32,000 bases of DNA from Clostridia bacterium (lineage in GTDB: Bacteria > Bacillota > DTU025), in contig JAYFQW010000081.1 in the NCBI GenBank assembly GCA_034926675.1, positions 1 to 32,000 on the forward strand. The letters are read 5' to 3'. How positions within the stretch are numbered: position 1 is the stretch's first letter; each line of letters starts with the position of its first letter. Under the pieces are notes generated by a model, which did no database searches, was not told where the DNA came from, and saw nothing but the letters and a program-made list of their open reading frames with translations. This document shows, piece after piece, positions 8,617-17,200 of this stretch. The position numbers were made by a program, and so were the translations under genes.

Positions 8617-8638
8617 ACTGACTGACCGTTCAGTCAGT
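8617..8638. promoter_or_regulatory. 9-bp perfect palindrome ACTGACTGA-CCGT-TCAGTCAGT in the divergent epimerase/tamB intergenic region
   Basis: Arms at 8617-8625 and 8630-8638 are exact reverse complements with a 4-nt spacer. It lies ~75 nt upstream of the epimerase start and ~160 nt upstream of the tamB start. Function (operator or hairpin) is not determinable from sequence. Confidence 0.35.
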
Positions 8639-8797
8639 TACAGTATAGATCTCACTGCCGTGGCTGTCAACGAGGCGATCTGCCCAGTGGAATTTAATGG
8701 GACAGTCCTCAACATATGCGCAGCCCGGAACGTTTTCACGCAAGCGCGCTCGAAGGTGGAGGGGAACCGATGTCGAACTCACCGAGTGGTGATATAT

Positions 8798-10975
8798 GTG
8801 AAACGTGCGATTGCAGTTGTCATGTGCCTGCTGGTGGCCGTTTGCGCAATTGCGGTTTCCTTGCGCATGAACTTGCGTGGCATTACATCGCGGGCCATAG
8901 AGCACGCCATCTCCCGCGCCACCGGCGTGGAGGATGTGGGCGTTGGGGCAGTGGAACCTCGAGGGTTCCGCTCGCTTCGGATATCCAACGTTAGGATCGG
9001 CGATGCGATTTCCATCAGTGAGCTGACTATCACATACGATCTCCGGGGTCTTCTTCGCGACAAGGTGAACCCAGGGCGGAGCATCACCGCGATGGAGGCG
9101 GGCCGAGTGCGGCTCGACTGGCCGGAAATGCAGCTCCTTGCCTCCGGCGACGGCGGTGGCGGTCGCGCCAGGCTCAATGGCCTCCGCAGCGATAGAGGCG
9201 CGTCCCGCGCAGCCCAGTCAGGCAGTGCCTTTGGTGGTTTCCGGGGGACCATATCCGTGAGGGACGCTGAAGTGAAGCTAGCTGGCGGGGCCAACCCAAC
9301 ACTGCTTCTCGCCACGGAGGTCCGGGCGGCCTTGGGGCAGCCGTTGGCGCTGTCGCCTGGGTCCTCTCCAGACCGGACCGCAGATGCGTTCCCCGGTTCT
9401 TCCTGGAACGTTTCGGCAGAGCGTGTGGAGTACGCTGCCGAGACCCCATTTGTGGTCGGGCGCCCCCAGGCCGTAGTATCGATAACGCCAAGCGGAAAGG
9501 TGCAGGTATCGGGGCTTGGGGCAGAACTCCTTGGGGGCAGAGTGGAGAGGGCGTCGGCACTTCTAGACCCAGCGGGCGCCCGGTTTCTGACGAGCGCAGG
9601 AGCGGTGCTGTCGCGAATCTCATATCGGGGGGTCGCATTCACGGGCGACGTTGAGATTCGAGAAGACGGATCTGCGGTCACTCACGCTATCGTCGATCTT
9701 CCGCAGGATCTAGGAGGCCCTGCCCACGTGGATGCGAGCTTCGTCGGGCGTGTAGCCTTAGGCCTCGATGCTGCTGTTCCAGGAGTGGCGAAGACCGATC
9801 CTCTGCGGCTTTCGGCAAAGGGCGACCTTCATCTTAATGCTGTCCGCACTCAATGGGGAGAGTGGCATGATCTGAAAGCATCCGTTGAAATCATGGCCTC
9901 AATGTCCGGAATTAGGGTTGACGCCGGCGCCAAGAGGACGTCGCTTTCGGACCTCGCCGCGGGCGGCGGGGCATCAGGCGTGGTATCTGGCTGGGTAAAC
10001 TGGAGCGCAGGTGTTGATGTCCGAAATGGCTGTGCTCAAGCGAATGTGGACATCACGGACGGCCTCGTGAAGACGCCCCTGTGGTCTCAGGAGTTCCAGG
10101 ATATCGCTGGGCGCATAGAGATTGCCAACACCGACGCGCGGCGTTCGCCAGGGGAGAGGGACGTTGCAGGTGCGGACCTGATGCACGGCATTGGCGCCGT
10201 CGTTCACGTGCCGAGCCTCAGGGGGACTATCGGCGGAGGCCAGGCGGAGGTCGCAGGGGCGCCAGGAGCCTGGAGAATCATCTTGAGCGGGGCGCGACTC
10301 GAGCATCAGCTGCTGAGGGGCCAGGTGAATGCAGACCTCTTAGTGCAGGGCGGCGCCTCAGACGGCCTTATCCTGTCGGGCGACATACATCTGAGCCATG
10401 CAGAGGTGGATGCCGTAACGGCTGGGTTCTCCCAGGTTCCATCATTGCCTGATGCCGTTCTCGATTTGGATCTGCAGTTTGGCGATGACGTGAAGATAGT
10501 GAGGGATGGATCCTGGGCTATCATGGCCCCAGGATCCATTAAGCTCGGCGGATCGGTGCGAAACCCCAAACCAGAGGGCGTTCTCATCGCAAGCGGCGGC
10601 GCGGTGGAGTTGTCAGGTGTTCCGCTTGAGATCGTCTCGGGGCGCATCGACTTTCCGGGCAAGGCAGGAGGGACGCTCCAGTTCGGGCTGGAGGCGCGCG
10701 ATATGTCTGCAGAACCCCCGATCGTCGCAAGCATCACAGGTGAACCGGGCAAGGTCAGCATTTCCATGAGGTCTGACGCGGCAGAAGAAACTGACCAAGG
10801 AGGACTCCTCATGAAACTTCTCGACGCTCGTTTGCGTCTATACATGTTGAGCGGCATTGGGAGGCTCCTGGATGAGAGCGTGGATTCGTCCGCAACAGTG
10901 TCCTCATCCCGGACCCGCACTGAGAAGGAATCGGTGTGGGGGAGTAGAATAGGGAATCCGACCATTAGCCCATGA
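8798..10975 (+). CDS. tamB: TamB/AsmA-like translocation and assembly module protein (DUF490-type C-terminus)
   Basis: N-terminal anchor: VKRAIAVVMCLLVAVCAIAVSL. The body is long and predicted beta-rich. C-terminal region is typical of TamB: LSGDIHLSHAEVD...LDLDLQFGDDVKIVRDGSWAIMAPGSIKLGGSVRNPKPEGVLIASGGAVELSGVPLEIVSGRIDFPG. Its stop overlaps the bamA ORF start (ATGA at 10972-10975). The track ORF start at 8249 overlaps the epimerase gene and is rejected. GTG 8798 is preceded by GGTGA. Confidence 0.75.
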   Translation: MKRAIAVVMCLLVAVCAIAVSLRMNLRGITSRAIEHAISRATGVEDVGVGAVEPRGFRSLRISNVRIGDAISISELTITYDLRGLLRDKVNPGRSITAMEAGRVRLDWPEMQLLASGDGGGGRARLNGLRSDRGASRAAQSGSAFGGFRGTISVRDAEVKLAGGANPTLLLATEVRAALGQPLALSPGSSPDRTADAFPGSSWNVSAERVEYAAETPFVVGRPQAVVSITPSGKVQVSGLGAELLGGRVERASALLDPAGARFLTSAGAVLSRISYRGVAFTGDVEIREDGSAVTHAIVDLPQDLGGPAHVDASFVGRVALGLDAAVPGVAKTDPLRLSAKGDLHLNAVRTQWGEWHDLKASVEIMASMSGIRVDAGAKRTSLSDLAAGGGASGVVSGWVNWSAGVDVRNGCAQANVDITDGLVKTPLWSQEFQDIAGRIEIANTDARRSPGERDVAGADLMHGIGAVVHVPSLRGTIGGGQAEVAGAPGAWRIILSGARLEHQLLRGQVNADLLVQGGASDGLILSGDIHLSHAEVDAVTAGFSQVPSLPDAVLDLDLQFGDDVKIVRDGSWAIMAPGSIKLGGSVRNPKPEGVLIASGGAVELSGVPLEIVSGRIDFPGKAGGTLQFGLEARDMSAEPPIVASITGEPGKVSISMRSDAAEETDQGGLLMKLLDARLRLYMLSGIGRLLDESVDSSATVSSSRTRTEKESVWGSRIGNPTISP

Positions 10976-12765
10976 TCACAGCCAGAGGGTGCTGTGGATA
11001 TGGAAGTTGTCGCATGATGTGGGAGGGGAGACTGTTGAAGGACGTTCGCTTCAGTAGGTTCTGCGGTATTCTGGCGGTAATGGTTGCCGCGGTCCTGCTG
11101 GCTTCATCGGCAGCCTGGGCTGCCGAGCCGAAGTCGCTGGGTAAGGTAACCGCTATCGAAGTCCAGGGAAACCAAAGGATCGATTCGGACATAATCATCC
11201 GTGCAATGGCCATCAAGGTTGGCGATGAACTAACAGAGCAAGCAATCAACACTTCATTCGGAGCGATCGATGCTCTAGGATGGTTTGCCGACCTAGGAGC
11301 AAACACCGCCCCTTACTTGGGCGGAGTCAAACTGATCGTCATCGTTCAGGAGTTCCCGGTGATCAGCAAGGTTAGCATTAGCGGCAACAAACTGATCGGC
11401 TCCGATGTGCTCACGGCAGCGCTTGGCTCAAAGCCCAACGCCCAGCTCAATATGAACACGCTGAGGGTGGACCTTCAGGCTCTTGGAAAGATCTATCAGG
11501 ACAAGGGCTACTGGGTGAGCATTGAACCGTCCGTTCAGGAACAGGGCGTGCTCTCCCTCAATGTCTTCGAGTGGACAGTCGCCGATGTGCGGGTGTCCGG
11601 CAATGAGAAGACCAAGGCCTACGTGATTCAGCGGTCTATCCAGACGAAGTCAGGCGACTACGTCGACGTAAACAAGATAAACGACGATCGCCGCCGCGTG
11701 TACATGCTGGGGGCCTTCGAGGACGTGGAGGCGAAGGTGGAACCGGTCCCTGGCAAGTACGAGTATGCCATCAACTATGTGGTCAAGGAGCGGAAGACCG
11801 GCACTGCCAACATGGGAATAACCTACAGCTCTGCAACTGGCCTAACTGGCTATTTGCAGCTCGGCGACGAGAATTTCCTAGGCAATGCCCAGACCGTCAA
11901 CCTCAGGGCGGAATTCGGAGGCGGCCAGACGAACTACGAGATTGGCTTCCACGAACCCTGGGTCGGGAAGTCCGGGAAGACATCTGCGGGCTTCAACCTG
12001 TTCGCGAAGTCCGTGGAGAAGAAGTACACGCCCGCGGAGGATGTGGACGACGGAAACCCTGATACCCCCGCCCCAATCCAGTACAAGCAGCGAAAGACTG
12101 GCGGAGACGTCACCATTGGGAGGTCTCTGTCTCTCAATACCACTGCATCTCTCAAGCTGAGAATAGAGAATGCTGTCAATACTGCTGTGAACCCTGAGGA
12201 TCAGCTTCTGACGCCGGCGGGCGGCAACACCCGGTCCCTCACCCTATCAGCGCAGAACGATACGAGGGATGATCTGTGGAACCCAGCCGCGGGTCACAGG
12301 GTCACGGGGTCTGTCGAGTATGCCGGAGGCCTGCTCGGGGGAGATGCTTCATTCTCCAAAGTCGAGGCTGAGGGCTCGATTTATCGCCAGGTCCGCGAGG
12401 GGCACATCCTCGCAGGCCGCGTCAGTGGCGGTTTCGGGCTTGCAGCCCTTCCAGAGGATCAGCAGTTCAAACTGGGAGGGGCCGAGACAGTTCGCGGGTA
12501 CAACTACGGGGATTTCCAGGGCGACAGAATGGCCCTGGCGAACGCGGAGTACAGGTTCAGCATCGTGAAGGGATTCCAGGGCGTGGTGTTCGTCGATGCG
12601 GGGCAGGCATGGAAGATCGGTGAGCCATTCCAGCTTTCCAACACCAAGATGGGGTATGGAGTGGGCGTCCGGGTGATGGTGCCTGTGCTCGGCATGATCC
12701 GAGTTGATTACGGAATCGGAAAGAATGGCGGACAGGCCTACTTCAGTTTCGGTCAGACGTTCTAG
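10972..12765 (+). CDS. bamA: Outer membrane protein assembly factor BamA (Omp85 family; POTRA repeats plus 16-strand-type barrel)
   Basis: POTRA-like repeats: VTAIEVQGNQRIDSDIIIRAMAIKVGDEL; ISKVSISGNKLIGSDVLTAALGSKPNAQLN...LQALGKIYQDKGYW; VADVRVSGNEKTKAYVIQRSIQTKSGDYV. Omp85 barrel end: VRGYNYGDFQGDRMALANAEYRF...GVVFVDAGQAW...GYGVGVRVMVPVLGMIRVDYGIG...YFSFGQTF. The true start may be TTG 11035 (GGGAGGGGAG upstream), giving the signal peptide KDVRFSRFCGILAVMVAAVLLASSAAWA|AEP. Confidence 0.92.
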   Translation: MITARGCCGYGSCRMMWEGRLLKDVRFSRFCGILAVMVAAVLLASSAAWAAEPKSLGKVTAIEVQGNQRIDSDIIIRAMAIKVGDELTEQAINTSFGAIDALGWFADLGANTAPYLGGVKLIVIVQEFPVISKVSISGNKLIGSDVLTAALGSKPNAQLNMNTLRVDLQALGKIYQDKGYWVSIEPSVQEQGVLSLNVFEWTVADVRVSGNEKTKAYVIQRSIQTKSGDYVDVNKINDDRRRVYMLGAFEDVEAKVEPVPGKYEYAINYVVKERKTGTANMGITYSSATGLTGYLQLGDENFLGNAQTVNLRAEFGGGQTNYEIGFHEPWVGKSGKTSAGFNLFAKSVEKKYTPAEDVDDGNPDTPAPIQYKQRKTGGDVTIGRSLSLNTTASLKLRIENAVNTAVNPEDQLLTPAGGNTRSLTLSAQNDTRDDLWNPAAGHRVTGSVEYAGGLLGGDASFSKVEAEGSIYRQVREGHILAGRVSGGFGLAALPEDQQFKLGGAETVRGYNYGDFQGDRMALANAEYRFSIVKGFQGVVFVDAGQAWKIGEPFQLSNTKMGYGVGVRVMVPVLGMIRVDYGIGKNGGQAYFSFGQTF

Positions 12766-12783
12766 CCCTGCGGACGCAGTGGA

Positions 12784-12819
12784 TGTATAATGGGTAGGCG
12801 CCGCGACGCCGTGGCGCCT
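12784..12819 (+). promoter_or_regulatory. Possible extended -10 promoter (TGTATAAT, 12784-12791) followed by a 7-bp GC hairpin (12796-12819) in the bamA-skp spacer
   Basis: TGnTATAAT match at 12784-12791 with no good -35. Hairpin is AGGCGCC-N10-GGCGCCT. It could be a promoter plus leader structure, or a weak bamA terminator. Sequence alone cannot decide. Confidence 0.3.
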
Positions 12820-12856
12820 GCCTTGCTTGTGATGAATTGGAGCTCAGAAAGAAAGG

Positions 12857-13321
12857 ATGAACCGAATGTTCAAGAACCTTCCGAAGACCCTTGTTACTAT
12901 GCTCATCTGCTCAGTTGTCATCGGCGCAGGCGCCGGTCTCATGAACTTGGCAGTCTCCTCGGCCGCTCCTGAGCCGGTCGTGATCGGAAAGATAGATGGC
13001 CCCAAGCTGAACAGCGAGTTTCCCGCACTGAAGGCAGCCTGGGACAACATCTCCAAGCAGAAGGCTACACTGGAGAAGGAACTGAACTCCAAGGCCGAGA
13101 ATCAAGACGAGGAGACCCAGAAGGTTCTCCTCGACCAGTACAACAAGAAGTACAACGACTATGCCAAGACGCAGCTTGAGCCGGCTACCAAGTCCCTCAA
13201 GGATGCCATTGCGGCTGTTGCTAAGGAGAAGGGCGTCAACGTCGTCCTCGACCTCAACGTTGTGCATCTCGGTGGAATCGACATTACCGACGCCGTGATG
13301 AAGAAGGGCGGCGCCAAGTAG
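12857..13321 (+). CDS. skp: Periplasmic chaperone Skp/OmpH family
   Basis: ~150 aa with a signal peptide (LVTMLICSVVIGAGAGLMNLAVSSA). K/E/Q-rich helical arms (ALKAAWDNISKQKATLEKELNSKAENQDEETQKVLLDQYNKKYNDY) and an OmpH-type C-terminus (IAAVAKEKGVNVVLD). Position directly after bamA is the classical synteny. Confidence 0.8.
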   Translation: MNRMFKNLPKTLVTMLICSVVIGAGAGLMNLAVSSAAPEPVVIGKIDGPKLNSEFPALKAAWDNISKQKATLEKELNSKAENQDEETQKVLLDQYNKKYNDYAKTQLEPATKSLKDAIAAVAKEKGVNVVLDLNVVHLGGIDITDAVMKKGGAK

Positions 13322-13350
13322 GAAGGCGTGTCGTTCCGGAAATCGTATGG

Positions 13351-13382
13351 GGAGGCGCGCTTGGCGTCTCCCCATTCTTCTA
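13351..13382 (+). terminator. Rho-independent terminator after skp
   Basis: GGGGAGGCGC-GCTTG-GCGTCTCCCC (10-bp stem with one G.U pair, 5-nt loop) followed by ATTCTTCT. Confidence 0.65.
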
Positions 13383-13407
13383 GAGAGCAGCGATGGGGGT
13401 GGCGTAG

Positions 13408-14241
13408 ATGAGTACTAGTAGGATGATCTCCGCGATGTTCACCGCCATCTTCGCATTGATGCTGCTCCAGGGGAATGGGGAAGTGTCAGCGTGCGTCGGA
13501 GCGCGTCCGATGGCCCTGGGAGGGGCATTTGTGGCCATGGCGGAGGGCTCATCCGCAGTGTACTGGAACCCCGCGGGCCTTGCCTGGCTTAAGTCGGGGG
13601 ATGCAGGGCTTACTGCCACCCTCAACAACAAGTGCACCTACAACTACGACCTCTTCGTTTCTCTCTGCTCACCTCTGGCTCAGGGGTGGGGTGTGGGCTT
13701 GGGCTATGTCCTCTCCACAGTCGCTGCCGGCGCCGGTGTTCTCCGAGAGGATTGGGCAGTAGCGTCGGCTGCCCGGGCCATCGACGATCAACTCGCCATC
13801 GGCGGCAGCGTGAGAATGGAGGCAGTGTCCTTTGAGCCGGAGTCCCCATCCACGAGGCTGAGGTTCGATATCGGCGTCATGTACCGGCTTACTCCGAAGC
13901 TCAGCGCCGGGCTGCTCATCCAGGATCTATCAGCAGGTTCGTCGGCCGCCAATATCAGACCGGGCCTCGCTATCAGGCCAGATGACCGTAGCCTTCTTAC
14001 CATTGATGTTTACGATATGGTCGGGGCATGGGGGCGCCCGAGCGGAAGGGCCGGATTCGAGAGACTGGTAGGGGATAATCTCGCTCTGCGCCTGGGGTGC
14101 TACGGGTTCAGCCCAGGATTCTCCTGGGGCGCACTGACCCTCGGCGCCGGCCTGACAGCCGGGCCATTTCGTGCTGATTACGCATTCCTCGGCGGAGCCC
14201 TGGGCGGCACTCACCAGTTGGGGGTGGAAGTTGCGTTCTAG
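13408..14241 (+). CDS. Small outer-membrane beta-barrel protein with a FadL/PorV-type N-terminal motif
   Basis: Signal peptide: MISAMFTAIFALMLLQGNGEVSA|C. The motif GARPMALGGAFVAMAEGSSAVYWNPAGLA resembles the G-x-A...NPA(G/A)L hatch motif of FadL/TodX/PorV-like barrels. Amphipathic strands alternate throughout, and the C-terminal beta-signal ends in Phe (HQLGVEVAF). SD GGGGGTGG precedes the ATG. Confidence 0.6.
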   Translation: MSTSRMISAMFTAIFALMLLQGNGEVSACVGARPMALGGAFVAMAEGSSAVYWNPAGLAWLKSGDAGLTATLNNKCTYNYDLFVSLCSPLAQGWGVGLGYVLSTVAAGAGVLREDWAVASAARAIDDQLAIGGSVRMEAVSFEPESPSTRLRFDIGVMYRLTPKLSAGLLIQDLSAGSSAANIRPGLAIRPDDRSLLTIDVYDMVGAWGRPSGRAGFERLVGDNLALRLGCYGFSPGFSWGALTLGAGLTAGPFRADYAFLGGALGGTHQLGVEVAF

Positions 14242-14256
14242 CGAGGTGTCAACTGG

Positions 14257-17200
14257 ATGAGGATTCTCGACCGTTACGTCATCCGCGAGTTTGTAGGGCC
14301 GTTCATCCTGTCTGTTTCGGCGTTCATAATCATCATGCTAAGCGGCCAGCTCTTCTGGCTGATGGATCTGATCATCCAGACACACGTCCCTGCGCTCGCG
14401 GTGATGCGCATGCTCTTATACAGTCTGCCTGGGATAGTCGCTCAGGTCCTGCCAGTTGCTGTGCTCCTGGCGGTCATGTTGGGCCTGGGTCGCCTCAGCC
14501 GCGATTCGGAGCTCTCGATCATGCGCGCCATCGGAACCCCTTTCGCGAGGATTGTGCTGCCGCTGATTGCCGTTGGCGCTGTTGTGAGTGGAATCGGCTT
14601 CTGGCTAGGGGATTCCGTAGTGCCATGGGCGACTCATGAATCGGAGAACATCGTTAGGCAGATGATCCTGAAGGACGTCATGCCCAATGTGGAACAGGAC
14701 GTCTTTTTCAAGGCGCCGGAGGGCAGGTTCGTCTATGTTGGCAAGGCTGATCCCGCGAGCGGGCTCATGGAACGTGTGATGGTGTATGAAACCAACTCCG
14801 GCGAATTCCCTCGGATAGTGACAGCCATGTCAGGTCGCATATCCGGGCTTTCCTGGCTGCTTACTGACGGCGCCATCCACCAACTGGATTCACGAGGGCG
14901 CGTCAGCATGTCAATGTCCTTCGAGAGCTTGGATATCAAGATGGACAACACGTTCGACCAGTTTGTTGCGAACCAGAAGACTCCTCAGGAGATGAGCAGG
15001 CGAGAGCTTAAGCAGAACATCGACCTGTTCGAACGGAGTGGCATCAAAGTCTCCGGGCTGCGGATCGATTACCACCTGAAATCGGCAGAGCCCGTGGCGG
15101 CCTTGGTGTTCGCTATTATCGGGGCGCCGCTCATTACCAAATCTCCTCGGCGAGGCGGCGGCTACTTCGGAGTGGTGGCAGCGGCTGTGCTGGCGCTTGC
15201 GTACTATGTGGTGCAGGCCATCGCCAGATCGCTGGCATCCCAAGGGACGGTCCCTCCACTTCTGGCCGCATGGTTCCCTAACATCCTGTTCCTGGCAGCA
15301 GGCCTCGCCATGCTATTTTCAGTTGATAAGGTGCGCGGCTTCCGTGCGCGGCGGCGCATTCCGATGGCTGCTATCCTCCTCGGTGCGCTGCTTCTTGTCG
15401 CCATTGCGCCTTCGGCTGCGAGGGCGGCGGATTTCCCAATCGACGTGCGCGGGACCTTGCTGTCGTTCGATGGCGCCACAGGGATCTGGGTAATCTCGGG
15501 GCAAGTGAAGATATCATTCAAAGACACGAAGATAACCGGGGATAGCGCGGAGTTCGATCTAAAGGACAACATTGCGGTGATACGCGGCAACGTTGTGGTA
15601 ATCCGGAACGATGAGGAACTCCGAGGCGATACTGTGACCTACAACGTCTCCACCGGGGACGTAATTGCAGGCAACGCGTGGGCAAAGATCCGCGATGAGA
15701 AGGTCACCGGTTTCCTTTACATGAAAGGCGCGGAGTTGGAGAGGAAGGACAGCTACGTTCGCCTCTCTGACGGCGCCGTAACCACGTGTGATCTTGACAA
15801 CCCCCACTATAAGGTGGTCGCCGAGAGAATGGAGATCTACGTAGACAGCAGAATCGTCCTACATGGAGTGGCCTATTACGAAGGGAAGGTCAAACTCCTG
15901 TCGCTTCCCCACCTTACTATTCCGCTCAAAGAGGATGAGAGGTTCGAGCTTCCGAAAATCGGGTACGGAGCTGCGGAAGGCTGGTACATCAAGACCAAGT
16001 TCAACTACAGGATCAATGATGATGCCACGGGGTCTCTGTATGCCGACTACTATCAGCTGCTAGGGCCTGCGGCTGGCGTCAGTCAGAGGATCAACCTTGG
16101 CAAGATAGGCGAGTTCACAGGGTATCTCTACGGGCTCTGGAACATCAACTCGGACCGGCTCGACACCACAGTCGAGCTGACCCACGCCGTGTCGCTCCCA
16201 TTCGATGTATCCTCGAAGGCGGAGCTGAAATTCAGGGATTTCACAACGTCAGCCGGGTTGCCTGCCCTGGAGAGGACCTATGGACTCAGTTTGCACAGGC
16301 AAGCATCTGGGTCGGCAACTGCGTTGACCTGGAACACCACCCAGCTCGAGTCGGTATCGGATACCTCAAACACTACTCTGATCCTCAAGCACAGCTCCAC
16401 GTTGCCGCAGCCGCTCTCTGTCAGGCTCAACGCCGACGCTTCATTCAGGCGCCAGACTGCGGGGGATTCTGTGGTGCGCAATGTGCTCAACTACAGAGTG
16501 CAGGCGGATAGGGCATTCGGGCCGATTACCGTGACGGGCCTGGCCCAATCCCAAGTTGTGATCGACGATGACTCAAGCCAGGATGGCTCGAACGCGCCAC
16601 CGCCTCCGTGGAAGGCGCTACAGAGGCTTCCCGAAATCACGGTGAAGGCGGATCGGCTGGAGATTCCAAATACTCCGCTGAGAATGGGCGTAAAGATGGT
16701 CTATGGGCGGTACACTGAGGACGCGATAAGAAATGGAGTCAGATCGGATATTACGGCTGGAAAAGGAGAGGCCGAGCTAACTCTCGGAATGGACTCGCGC
16801 AAGCTCACTCAGGGCCTCAGCGTGGATGCGACTGCCAGAGGAGTGTTCAGCCTCTATGAGGGGTACGGAGCACGAGGAGCTGCAGGCTACACCATCGGCG
16901 CCTACGTTGCCCCGGTGCAAGGATCTACACTGAGGATAACGTACAACAAGACCGATGTGATCGGAGCGTCTCCGTTCATGTTCGATCGAATGGCGGAGAC
17001 GAGCAGGCTTGCTGCGAATCTTACCGCCGTGAAGGGTCCGCTCAGGCTCACCCTCTCCAGCGGTTACGACTTTCGGACCCACACCTACGATAGCCTCACA
17101 GCCGCTGCCAGGGTGGATCTGGGTGGTGGGATAGCGGCGGACCTGTCGGGGTCGTACAGCATCTCCACGGGGAAGCCCACATCTCTTGTTGGAAGGGTAG

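Noticed and set aside
8249-8797. 5' extensions of track ORFs: 8249 (tamB), 3293 (LytM gene), 30096 (barrel protein), 23329 (lptB), 21138 (ATPase), 18230 (lptA).
   Set aside because: Most of these extensions overlap the preceding well-supported gene; the lptB extension instead lies in the lpxB-lptB spacer. All encode non-homologous low-complexity sequence. Internal starts with good SD sequences give canonical N-termini or signal peptides.
8716-8994. 92-aa Cys-rich ORF (CETCDCSCH) as a possible small metal-binding protein or leader peptide upstream of tamB.
   Set aside because: Except for its first ~80 nt, which lie upstream of GTG 8798, it overlaps the TamB N-terminal coding region in another frame and is Arg/Gly-rich after the first 20 codons. 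It is retained only as evidence for a possible indel at the tamB start.
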